Shown here: positions 1-12,109 of the stretch, piece after piece
How positions within the stretch are numbered: position 1 is the first letter of the stretch
Layout: each line of letters begins with the position of its first letter
NCBI RefSeq assembly: GCF_009914755.1
Contig: NC_060931.1
Strand: one strand, 5' to 3'
Source of the DNA: the human T2T-CHM13v2.0 reference genome, Homo sapiens
Length of the DNA: 64,000 bases
The notes under the pieces: model-generated
The model's database searches: none
The model's input: the letters and a program-made list of their open reading frames with translations, nothing else
Told to the model about the DNA's origin: nothing
Program-made: the position numbers and the translations under genes

Positions 1-712
1 AATGGGACTGCTGAGTCAAATGGTATTTCTGGTTCCAGATCTTTGAGGAATCGCCACACTGTCCTCCACAATGGTTGAAATAATTTACATTCCCATCAGC
101 AGTGTAAAAGTGTTCCTATTTCTCCACAGCCTCGCCAGCATCTGTAGTTTCTCCACTTTTTAATAATCACCATTCTGACTGGTGTGAGATGGTATCTCAT
201 TGTGGTTTTGATTTGCATTTCTCTAATGATCAGTAATGTTGATCTTTTTCTCATATGTTTGTTGGCCACATAAATGTCTTCTTTTGAGAAGTGTCTGTTC
301 ATGTCCTTTGCCCATTTTTTGATGGGGTTGCTTTTTTCTTGAAAATTTGTTAAAGTTCCTTGTAGATTCCGGATATTAAACCTTTGTCAGAAAGACAGAT
401 TGCAAAAATTTTCTCCCATTCACTCACGTCTGTTCACTCTGATGATAGTTTCTTTTGCTGTACAGAAGTGCTTTAGTTTAACTAGACTCCATTTGTCAAT
501 TTTTGCATTTGTTGCAATTGCTTTTGATGTTTTTGTCATGTAATATTTACCCTTGCCTATGTCCTGAATAGTATTGCCTAGATTTTCTTCTAGAGTTTTT
601 ATAGTTTTGGGTTTTACATTTAAGTCTTTAATCCATCCTGGCCTAATTTTTGTATAATGTATAAGGAAGGGGTCCAGTTTCAATTTTGTGCCTATGGCTA
701 GCCAGTTTTGCT
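1..712 (-). mobile_element. LINE-1 (L1PA-type) ORF2 3' region, 5'-truncated, runs off the window edge
   Basis: Minus-strand ORFs 96-302 ([17 protein letters not shown]...RYHLTPVRM...[10 protein letters not shown]) and 420-728 ([37 protein letters not shown]) match the L1 ORF2p C-terminal region; stops and frameshifts present. Confidence 0.95.
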
Positions 713-790
713 CACTAGCCATAGGCACATAGGCCCTTTTTTTTAAACTTTGATATGCATAAACCTATCATGGTAACCTTGAATCAATAA

Positions 791-981
<191 letters not shown>

Positions 982-2792
982 TAGTTCTTCCATTTAGGTT
1001 AGTGACCCATTTAGAGTTAAGTCATAAGAAAACACTCCAAAAGATATTTATTGTGCCAAGATGATAAAAATATGGGGATTTATTTTTTCTTCTTTTCCAA
1101 AACTTAAGTAATGTACACATATTAATTTTTAAAGAAAACAAAAATTCAAAGTAAATTTTAAAATAAGATTGTAAAGCATATTTTTATAGCTAGACAAATA
1201 TTCAAAATTTTATATGCCCTTTCTGCTTTTTATGTAACATCTTCTCTGTTCTTCAGTGTCTCATACTTCCTATTTGAAACAAGAGCCATCATTGCAAAGC
1301 ACTGCACCCCTGTAGGATATTGGTGTTTTATGACATTTCTAGGCTCCTATGGTTTTTCCAGCTCTTGATCCAAGGCCCTTATGAAGCCCAATAACACCGC
1401 TTATCCTTAAGCCCCACGGTATTCCCTGTAATCTCTATTATTTCCTCATGTTTACAGCAAACTAACTTCAGCAGCTTCAGTTGCTTGGCATGAAAAGTTT
1501 CCTGACCAAGACAGAGAACAAAAATCTCTAGTGATGAAAAACCATCAATTTGCTGCTACTGTATGAAGGGCTCAAAAGACACAGCAGAGAAACCTGTCAT
1601 GTCCTAAAGAGGTGGTTAAGAAAGTCATCACCAAAAGCCATTGCAGCTGCATCCTTGATTTGAGTTATAGAAGGATAAATCAGTTAGCATTTTAGTCATG
1701 AGGACAGCTAATTCTGGAAATTGTCTGTGAGAAACTTCACCCCTCTTTTCTTCTACGAGTAGCCACTTAGTTTATGCCTTTAAAGCAAAACATATGCCTT
1801 AAAGGTCAGAGAGATAAGTAATACTCTTCAAGTACCAAAGTTAATCAGAACAATTCAGTATTCAAATGCTCGTATTTACTTACATTTTCAAATAGATGTT
1901 ATTATTCTCAGTTTATAGGTGAGGGCACTGAAGCTCAGAAAACTATTTTGCTTGAGATCTCAAACCTATTAAGTGTGAATACTAAAATAAAGCCCTAGGA
2001 TTTTTATTCTAAGTTAGTGGTCTTCCCACCCGTCCAGAGCTACTTCTTTAAGACAATAATACAGGGCATGCTGATCTCAGTGGAGGCCAGTCTTATGAAT
2101 ACCGACAGCTAAAGAATGTGCCCAGGGGTTTAAGGCAACATTCCCTACACCAAAACATGCCTCTCACTGCCTAATATTATTTCTTCATCCTTTGACTCAG
2201 GTCAGGAGGAATTTAACTGAGGTGAAAGAAATAACAATGTTTGCCTTTATCAGTGACGGATATCAACATCATGAAGCTTTTTTACCATACTTATGTCTAC
2301 ATCCCTCCATTACCCTTGCCCCTACAAATCCAGATTCCATATATCTGAGGTAGGACTAGCACATGTGTATATTGAAAAAATTCCCCAGAGGATTCTAAAG
2401 TACTGTTCTAATTTAAGAACGGCCTCATAAAGATTTCTTGATACATAGCTGGAAGCAAATAGACATGCAGTAAATTTTATTTTTCCTTTAAAATAAATGT
2501 ATGATCAACCCTGTGTCAGGCGCTCTATCAGGCAGTGGGAACATATCAATGAACGAGTCAGGTACGGCCATTGCTTTCATGAAACTTGTATCTCATTTTG
2601 TTGCAGTGTAACAATTAATTCTATTCTATCCATAAGAGAGTCAAGTATTAAAAGATAATAGGGAAGATGACAAAAAGGAAAACAAAGATAAATCATCCAT
2701 ACTTTAAATTTTAGGAAAGTTAACAGTAACTAAAAAGAAGCAAAATAAATATTAAGGCTTGAGAAATAGAGATATATTGATGTTAAAAAGTA

Positions 2793-3173
2793 AAGTCATG
2801 CATTACATAACGACAGGAGTATGTTCTGAGAAATGCATCCTTAGGTGATTTCATCATGTGATCATAGAGTCCACTAACACAAACCTAGATGGGTTAGCCT
2901 ACTACACACCTAGGCTATACGGTATAGCCTATTGCTCCTAGACTACAAACCTGTACAGCATGTTATTGCGCTGAATACTGTAGGCAACTGCGAAACAATG
3001 ACAAGTTTTTGTGTGTCTAAACATACATAAAGATGGAAAAGGTACAGTAAAAATACGGTTTAAAAGAAAAAAAAAGGTACACCTGTATAGGGCAGCTCCA
3101 TCATAATCTTATAGGACCACCATTATATATGTAGCTCCTCTTTGATTGAAACGCCATTATGTGGTGTGTGACT
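2793..3173 (+). mobile_element. Tigger3/Golem short non-autonomous DNA transposon (Tigger3a-like)
   Basis: Degenerate TIRs (AGTCATGCATTACATAACG ... CATTATGTGGTGTGTGACTG); internal CCTAGGCTATACGGTATAGCCTATTGCTCCTAG; homologous to both ends of the element at 20611-21811. Confidence 0.8.
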
Positions 3174-3263
3174 GCAATATTCTAGCTAAATCCAGCTTAT
3201 CCAAGCAGTAACTCAACAGACTTGCAGTAACCTATTCTAGATATTATTAAAACACAAACACTA

Positions 3264-3787
<524 letters not shown>

Positions 3788-4349
3788 TAAAACACAAACA
3801 CTGAAGAGAAGAAGCTTAGAATAAGGGAGGAAAGCATAATGATATAAAATTAAGTAAAGTAATATTTAGTTTGCTCAGAGGGAATAAACATCTTGTGAGA
3901 GAAAAAAATTAATGAGGTTCTTGGAAGTATTTCTCTATCTCTTAGACAATTGGTAATTATCATGAAATACTACTAGTCATTAACATAGAAAACTGGGCTA
4001 GACAGAGACCTAAGAGTTATACACCCATGATTAACTTTGATTGGAGAAAACCAATTGCAATGTATGAGATCTCCTTTAATACTACTTCCTTTAATTCCAT
4101 GTCTTCCCCTTCCTGCCACCTCAATTTCCACCATTTAATTTGGCACATGATGCCTCTCATAATCTGGTCTCTCAGATCTCACTACCCCAAATTTTCGACG
4201 GCCCTTACCCACTATATGACCAGTGATCCGGTAGTGCCAAACTACTTTTAGTTTCTCAAGTAAGCTATCATCTTTGATGGCCATTTGTTTTGCATATTTT
4301 CTTCCCTCTGCTTAGAACAGTCTTACCATTACCTCGAAAAAGAAATCAG

Positions 4350-4725
4350 ACTATATTAGTTTGCGAGGGCCACCATAATGAAGTACCACAGACTGGGTAA
4401 CTTAACATAAATTTTCTCAGAGTTCTGGAGGCTAGAAGTCCAACATAAACAAGTCAGCACAGTTGATTTCTTCTATGGGGTCTCTCATTGGCTTGTAAAT
4501 GGCTGTTTTCCTGTGTTTTCACATATTTCCTCTGTCCATGTCTGTGTCCAAATTTCTTCTTCTCATAAGGACACCATTCATATGAAATTAGGGCCTACCC
4601 TACTCACCTCACTTTAACTTATCTCTTTAAAGACAATATCTCAGAATACAGACACATTCAAGGTTACTGAATGCTATGACTTCAATATATGAATTTGGGG
4701 GGAGAGTAAAATTCAGATTATAACA
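4350..4725 (-). mobile_element. MaLR solo LTR (MLT1A/B-like)
   Basis: TATATTAGTTTGCGAGGGCCACCATAATGAAGTACCACAGACTGGG...TTCTGGAGGCTAGAAGTCCAA...ATAAGGACACCATTCATATG, typical of reverse-strand MLT1. Confidence 0.8.
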
Positions 4726-6117
4726 GACAAATTCTTACTGTCTACAATACAGCTTTATAGTAATTTCTTCTAAGAGTTCTTCATCTTGAATCTTTCCATC
4801 TCAGTCTGAGTTAGGTCTCCTTCCTCAGAACTTCCAAAGCACTACCTGTATTCCTCTATCACATTAAAGGATATGTTTTCTCACTCTGCTCTAAGATGTG
4901 ACTTTCTTTTCCTTATCCCAGCACCTACCCCTGTGCCTCACACCTGGTAAGTGTGCCATACTCTTTGTACCTTGAAGTATAAGCCCTCTAGCCTGGCTGT
5001 ATTGTGATAGTATTTCATTGGATAGGAAATATAGAATTAGAAAACATAGACAATTAGTGCCTTTTTGTAATGTTGAGTTTAAGAGATATCTATATATAGA
5101 AATAAGTAGCAAGGAAGTGGAAATACAGGCATGAAACTCAACGGAGAAAACCATGCTGAAAGTATGATTTGGTGAATGGGTATGATCACTCAGGGAACAT
5201 GTATAAATGAGAATAGCATGGAAAAATCTTTAAAGAATAACAAATTTTTGAAACAGCAGGAGAAAGAATAGAAATGTCAGAGAAGCAAAAGGAGGCTAAG
5301 AGAGAATAGTTTCTCTTCCCATTGATACTATTTTCCATACTAGCATCAAACTTTGCAGTGAGCTGTTTATCCTTTATATTGCCACCAGGGGTCTCCAACA
5401 ACTTCTGCAATGCCTGACAGAACTCAAAGTATCTTATAGCTGTCTTTACAAGGGCTTTGGCAACAATAACATTCCTTGAGAAAGAAGACCAGGTAGGTGC
5501 CTCAAAACAGTGTTAGATATCCTTGACTGAGCTGAAGTCCGGAGGAGTCCTTTAAGTTACTCTTGGTCTGCAGCTTACTGACCACCAGGTAGTCTCTTGT
5601 ACTGGCAACTTTGTCACACAATGAATCACTGAGACATACTCTCCCTATCAAGAATTGAGACTGGTTGTTCACCTACGACACAATGAAGCCCAATACATAG
5701 ATTGCATAAGGTTTGATGAGCACCCAGAGCAGACTGAAAAGAACTGGATGTTCTGAAGAAAAAAATTAAATCATGTAATAGGGACTCTATTATTTTGATT
5801 CTAGAAATTATCTATCTTCAAAAAAAAAAAGATGAGAAAAAAATGTTTTAAGTCTATCTCCTAGAATAAAGAAAAATAAGATTAGGCTGAATAAAGCTGA
5901 CATTTATTTCTTAAACTTTTTCCTTTTTCTAATTATTCCTGCAGACAACTGCAATTAACTTTTATATATATATGTACTTTCATATTAAATGTTTAGAATT
6001 TTCACTAACATGGAAACGTTTAGTACAGAAAAGTAAAGATTGAACAATATTACTCATAGACCTCCTACCTCATTAACATTTTGCATATTTGTTTCTTCCA
6101 TATATGTTTTGTCTCGA

Positions 6118-7465
6118 TGTGTCCGGAATTGGTGGGTTCTTGGTCTCACTGCCTTCAAGAATGAAGCCGTGGACCCTCGCGGTGAGTGTTACACTTCTTA
6201 AAGGCGGAGTATCCGGAGTTTGTTCTTTCTGTTGTTCAGATGTGTTCGGAGTTTCTTCCTTCTGGTTTGTTCGTGGTGTCGCTGGCTCAGAAGCGAAGCT
6301 GCACACCTTCGCGGTCAGCGTTACAGCTCTCAAGGCGGTGCGTCTGGAGTTGTTCGTTTCTTCCAGTGGGTTCTTGGTCTCACTGGCTTCAGGAGCGAAG
6401 CTGCAGACCTTTGCCGTGAGTGTTACAGGCCCGTAAAGGCAGTGTGGACTCAAAAGAGTCAACAGCAGCAAGATTTATTGCAAAGAGCAAAAAAACAAAG
6501 CTTCCACAGTGTGGAAGCCGGACCCCACCTAGTTTCCACTGCTGGCTGGGGCAGCCTGTTTTTATTCTCTTATCTGGCCTCAACCACATCCTGCTGATTG
6601 GTCCATTTTACAGAGAGCTGATTGGTCTGTTTTACAGAGAGCTGACTGGTCTGTTTCGACAGGGTGCTGATTGGTGCATTTACAATCCCTGAGCTAGACA
6701 CAAAAGTTCTCCATGTCCCCACCAGATTAACTAGATACAGAGTGTGGATTGGTGCATTCACAAACCCTGAGCTAGACACAGGGTGCTGATTGGTGTGTTT
6801 ACAAACCTTGAGCTAGATACAGAGTGCTGATTGGTGTATTTACAATCCCTTAGCTAGACATAAAGATTCTCCAAGTCCCCACCAGACTCAGGAGCCCAGC
6901 TGGCTTCACCCAGTGGATCCCGCACTGGGGCTGCAGGCGGAGCTGCCTGCCAGTCCTGCGTCGTGTGCCCGCACTGCTCTGCCCTTGGGCGGTTGATGGG
7001 ACCGGGCGCCCTGGAGCAGGGGGCGGCGCTCCTCGGGGAGGCTGCGGCCGCGCAGGAGCCCACGGGGGTGGGGGGAGGCAGGGAGGGTCAGGCATGGCCG
7101 GCTGCAGGTCCCAAGCCCTGCCCTGCAGAGAGGCAGCTAAGGCCAGTGAGAAATCGAGCGCAGCAGCTGCTGGCCCAGGTGCTAAGTCCCTCACTGCCCC
7201 GGGCCTGCGGGGCCCGCCAAGCCCACGCCCACCCGGAACTAGCGCTGGCCCGCAAGCGCCGTGCGCAGCCCCGGTTCCAACCGCGCCTCTCCCTCCACAC
7301 CTCCCCGCAAGCTGAGGGAGCCGGCTCCGGCCTTGGCCAGCCCAGAAAGGGGTTCTCACAGTGCAGCAGCGGGCTGAAGGGCTCCTCAAGCGCGGCCAGA
7401 GTGGGCGCCAAGGCGGAGGAGGCGCCGAGAGCAAGCGAGGGCTGCTAGCATGCTGTCACCTCTTA
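6118..7465 (-). mobile_element. ERV9 solo LTR (LTR12C-like), near full length
   Basis: Begins TGTGTCCGGAATTGGTGGGTTCTTGGTCTCACT (reverse complement of the LTR12 3' end) and ends GCTGTCACCTCTTA; repeated GTGAGTGTTACA units, tandem GATTGGT (CCAAT) repeats at 6596-6835, and a CpG-rich segment at 6950-7440. Confidence 0.95.
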
Positions 7466-8044
7466 CTGAGCCATTATAAAATAAATTACAAACATTATAC
7501 TTCAAACTAATCCCTTTAGCATACATTTCCAGAAAATAAGTGTTCTCTTACCTATTAGCAGTGCTGTTATAACATCTGACAAATTTAGAGAACTTCTTAA
7601 TGTTATATATTTACCAGGCCACATTTAAATATTGCCACTTCCCTCCACAAAATGTATTATAGGCTTTTTAAAATAAGTTTTTAAACCAAGATTTAGTCAA
7701 ATACCATGCATTGTCTTTGACTGTTATGTTATCTTTTCATCTAAAGCAATTTCCATTCCCTTTCCTTTTTTCCTCCATGATACAGGCTTAGCAATGAGAC
7801 CAAATTGTCTTGCAGAATTTTACATAGTCTTGATTTGTCTGTTCTTTGTGGTATCCTTTAAATTGATCCTGTATCACCATTATTTCCTATAAATTGGAGG
7901 TTAAAACTGTAGGCTGAATTAAATTCCAATTAAGCATTTTGAACAAGAATATTCCATGGGTGATGCTGTGTACAATATTGTGTATCACATTAGAAGGCAT
8001 ATAATGTTTGATATCCCATTATTAGTGAAATCCCTGTAGGACTT

Positions 8045-9735
8045 CTTTTTTTCTGTTTTTTTTAATTTCTTGTTTTTATTGACAAATAATAATTGTGCCT
8101 ATCTATGGGGTACAGGGTGACATTTTGATACATGCATACATTGTGTAAAAATCAAATCAGGGTATTTGGCATATACATAGCCTCATTCATTTATCATTTC
8201 TGTGTGGTTAAAACATTCAAAATTCTGTCTTTCAGCTACGTTTAAATATACAGTATTTGTTAACCATAGTCACCCTACTGTGCAATAGAACAGAACTTAT
8301 TACTCCTAACTGTAATTTTATACTCATTGACCAATCTCTCCCTGTGCTCTTGTCCCCTTCCCTCCTAGCCTCTGTTAATCACCATTCTAGTCTCCACTTC
8401 TACAAGACCAACTTCTTTAGATTCTACATATGAGTAAGATGATACGGTATTTCTGTTTTTGTGCCTGGCTTATTTCATTTAATGTCCTCCAGGTTCTTCC
8501 ATGTTGCCACAAATGACAGAATGCCATTCTTTTTTTGTGGCTGAATAGTATTTCAGTGTGTGTGTGTGTGTGTGTGTGTGTGTACACACCACAATTTCTT
8601 CATCCATTCATCCATTCATGGACATTTAGGTTGATTCCATATCTTCGCTGTTGAGAATAGTACTGCAATATACATGGGAATGTAGGTAATCTCTTTGACA
8701 TGTTGATTTCATTTCCTTTGAATATACACCATGTAGTGGGATTGCTGGATCATATGGTAGTTCTATTTTTAATTTTTAAAGAAATCTTCATACTGTTTTC
8801 TGCAGTGGATGCACTGTTCCCAACAATGTGTAGGAGTCACCCTTTCACCACATCCACAACAGCATTTGTTATTTTTTGTCTTTTTGATAATAGCTATTCT
8901 AATAGGAGTGAGGTGGTACCTCATTGTGGTTTTGATGTGCTTTTCCCTGATGATTACTAATGTTAATCATTTTTTTCATATACGTGTTGGCCTTTGTATG
9001 TCTTCTTGTGAGAAATATCTATTCAGGTATTTTGCCCATTTCTTAATTGGATTTTTTTATTGTTTTGTTTTGCTGTTGAGTTTTTTGAGTTCCTTCTATA
9101 TTGATATTAACCTTTTGTCAGATGCATAGTTTGCACATATTTCATCTCATTTTGTTGATTGTCTTTTCAATCTTTTTTTTCCTTTGCTGTGCAAAAGCCT
9201 TTTAGTTTTATGTAATCCCATTTGTCTATTTTGGTTTTTGTTGCCTATGCTTCTGTGGTCTTACCCCAAAATTCCTTGCCTTATGTTTCCCCATGTTTTC
9301 TCCTAGTAGTTTGATCACTTTTGGTCCCCTACTTAAGTCTTTAATCCATTCTGAATTGATTTTTTTAATATATAGTGAAAGATAAGGATCTCGCTTTATT
9401 CTCCTGCATGTGGATATCCAATTTTTTCAGTACAATTTATTGAAGAGACTGACTTTTCTCCATTGTGTATTCTTGACACTTTTGTTGAAAATCAGTTAGC
9501 TGTAAGTGCATAGATTTATTTATTCTTCTCTATTCTGTCCCACTGGTTTGTGTGTGTCTATTTTTATGCCAGTACCATGCTGTTTTGGTTACTATCATTT
9601 TGTAGTATAGTTTGAAATCAAATCATACGATGCCTCAAGATTTGGTATTTTTGCTCAAGATTGCTTTGGTTATTCAGGGCCTTTTATGGTTTCCTATAAA
9701 TTTTAGGATTGTTTTTTCTATTTCTGTGAAGAACT
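8045..9735 (-). mobile_element. LINE-1 (L1MA-like) 3' end with degenerate tail
   Basis: T-rich tail at ~8045-8080, then antisense L1 3'UTR and ORF2 (GGGATTGCTGGATCATATGGTAGTTCTATTTTTAATTTTT; CCAGTACCATGCTGTTTTGGTTACTAT). Confidence 0.9.
8556..8583. repeat. (GT)n microsatellite, about 14 units
   Basis: Read directly from the sequence. Confidence 0.95.
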
Positions 9736-10263
9736 GCTGACCTACCAAAATGTAATGTAACACATTTGTCTTTTATAAGCCACCAAACTTGCACTGATCT
9801 GTTATAGCAGCAATAGAAAACTAATATATCTACATAAGTTATTTATTTATCAAGGATTAAGTGTATGAGCATGTGTGTGTATGTGTGTTGTACATCATTC
9901 ATATTCCAAACCAGGTATTTGGCTTCTATTGAACTATAAATAAAATCCATGCCCTGTCAACATCTAAATAGTTATACTATGGAATTATCTTTTTCTAATT
10001 TTTATGTCACAGAATGGGAGTTTTCTGGTTTTTCAAGCACTCTGTGTTGTCTATCAAACTTATGGCTTTACTGTATGAAAACAGCAACATAGAGTATCCG
10101 AGAAAGTACTGATTTCTGGAAAGTATTATCACTCTCAGATAAGAATGTTGCTTATATGGAAATTTTTCAGCATTGTCTAGACAGCTTTGGAATCTTTATA
10201 AATGTCAGATTACACCTTTCTGTCCCGTACTTTTTCCTAGTAGAAAAATGATGGGCTTTTTCA

Positions 10264-10358
10264 CATAGCCAAAGCAATCCTAAGCAAAAAGAACAAAGGT
10301 GGAGGCATCACACTACTCAACTTCAAACTTTAAGGCCACTGTAACCAAACCATGGTAT
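10264..10358 (+). mobile_element. Short internal L1 ORF2 fragment
   Basis: ATAGCCAAAGCAATCCTAAGCAAAAAGAACAAAGGTGGAGGCATCACACTAC matches L1 ORF2 sense sequence. Confidence 0.8.
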
Positions 10359-11910
10359 TGTCATGGGATCCTTGGGGTGTCTCTTCACCAGCCAGAAACC
10401 TCTGTGGCCAGTGGTGCCTTCTACCTGAGTATTGCTCACACCTGCTGGGCTCATTCTGCCCACTCAGCCTGGCTAGCTGCACTTGGCTCACACTACCAGC
10501 CCAGATTTCACACCTGCCAAGGGTGAGCCAGGCATGGACCAGTGAAGGGTGTGTGAGTGAGTGCAGGGTCCAGCCACTGCACACAGCCAGGCACGCTGGC
10601 AGCTCCAGGTGCCGGCACAGGTGCTAGCTCCACGCAAAGCTATGGCTGGACCAGATGCACTGCACGCAGCTTCTGCTGTGGGCACCCACAACTGGATGAG
10701 GGAAACGCAGTGGCACCTGAAAATTTGGAGATGCCAGGAACCACAGAGCCCAAAAGAGGGTGTCACAGCCCTGGCTCAGGGAGCCCCTAAGTCTGGGCTC
10801 CCCGAAGGTCTGCAGCTCTTCTGTCCTCATCACCCACAACATGGTGAGCATGGGGGTGTGTTTCAGCCCTGTTTGTGTTACAGCTCTTTCAGTTCCGCCA
10901 TTCAGTGGGTCCAGAATTCCCGTCCTGCGTCCAGAAAGAATGAGGTACATAGACAACTGGAGGGTGAGCAAGGCAGAGAGGAGCTTCATTGAGCAACAGA
11001 ACAGCTCTCAGGGGACCTGAAATAGGTAGCTCCTTTCCACAGGCAGGTCATCCTGATGTGTGTCCAGCTCTCAGCAGAGAAGAGATCCACAGTGGGCAGC
11101 TCCTTTTCGCAGGCAGGTCGTCGGAACATGTGGTGACTCGTAGTGTGTAACTCCTTTCCACAGCTGGTAATCCTGATGTCTGTGTGAGTCTGGCTGGGTT
11201 TTTTGTGGTCTCAGAAGGGAGGAAATGTATGCTGATTGGTCCATGGGCAGCCATGGACGGGCCTGCAAAAAGCACCATAAGTTCTCACTCCAGGCTGTGG
11301 ACTCCACCTGAAACTGACAGTCCAGCCCCCGGTTTTCAGGCCATCCATGGCTTGAAGGTGGGGCTTCACTAGGGACCTGCCCCTTTCTGCCCAGGAGCCT
11401 GTCTGCCTCCTGCCACCATCAACATGTCATCCATGGCACCCAGGCAGTTCCTACTGAAGAGCACCTGAAGGCCTGTGCTGAGCTGCCCTCAGCCCCTATT
11501 GGCCTCCCTCCCATGCTCGTTGGCACCCAAAGTCCAGAGGAGGCCCAGGCAGCAGGGGGCTGGCCTGTCAGTGCCACCCCAAGTGCATGCACACCTGGCT
11601 GGGTTGCAACAACACCCAGGCTCAGCCACAACTGTGCTGCACCCTGGAGTGGGTGCTGGGAGTTGGGAGAGAATAGGCAATGGGAGCAGGCACTTGCCAG
11701 CCTGTGGGAGCAAGGAGCTTTCTGGGCCCCCAAGAGCACAGGGATGCCCAGCTGGGTGGCTGCAGCTGTAGGAGCATGGGGCTCCTGCCCAGCTGACTCA
11801 GTAGAGGCCAGGGCTGCCACCTGTTCTGGCCCCCACTGGCTCCATGCAGCATGCAGCCCCACTGTGCCTCCGCCACTGCAGCCAGTGTCTTCCCAGTGGT
11901 CACTCCATGG
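10359..11910 (-). mobile_element. ERV1-class long solo LTR (MER52-like)
   Basis: Starts TGTCATGGGATCCTTGGGGTGTC (reverse complement of the MER52 3' end); ~1.5 kb, GC-rich but CpG-decayed; source of many overlapping spurious ORFs. Confidence 0.8.
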
Positions 11911-12109
11911 TTAGTATCCTATTTAAAGCTGTTGTTATCATCTTGCTAATACTATGTAAGTTTGTTACATCTTTGCAGAAATGTAGCCATTTCTAGATAA
12001 TAAATTTCCAACAATATTTTTATTTACAATTTCTTCCTAAACTGTAGCCTCACTGCTTGCTATTATTCTTCTTGCCCCCTCTCTTTACTTTCTCCAAGTA
12101 GCCTATGCT

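Noticed and set aside
6073-7448. Dense overlapping ORFs up to 194 aa
   Set aside because: All lie in or overlap the LTR12; GC-rich repeat DNA, low-complexity Pro/Ala/Gly products, no recognisable domain.
9570-10358. L1 piece at 10264-10358 as a local inverted copy of 9570-9673
   Set aside because: The same L1 region, but the two do not appear to share derived substitutions; better explained as independent L1 fragments.
10299-11914. Cluster of 60-147 aa ORFs on both strands
   Set aside because: Within the MER52-like LTR; typical spurious ORFs of GC-rich LTRs.
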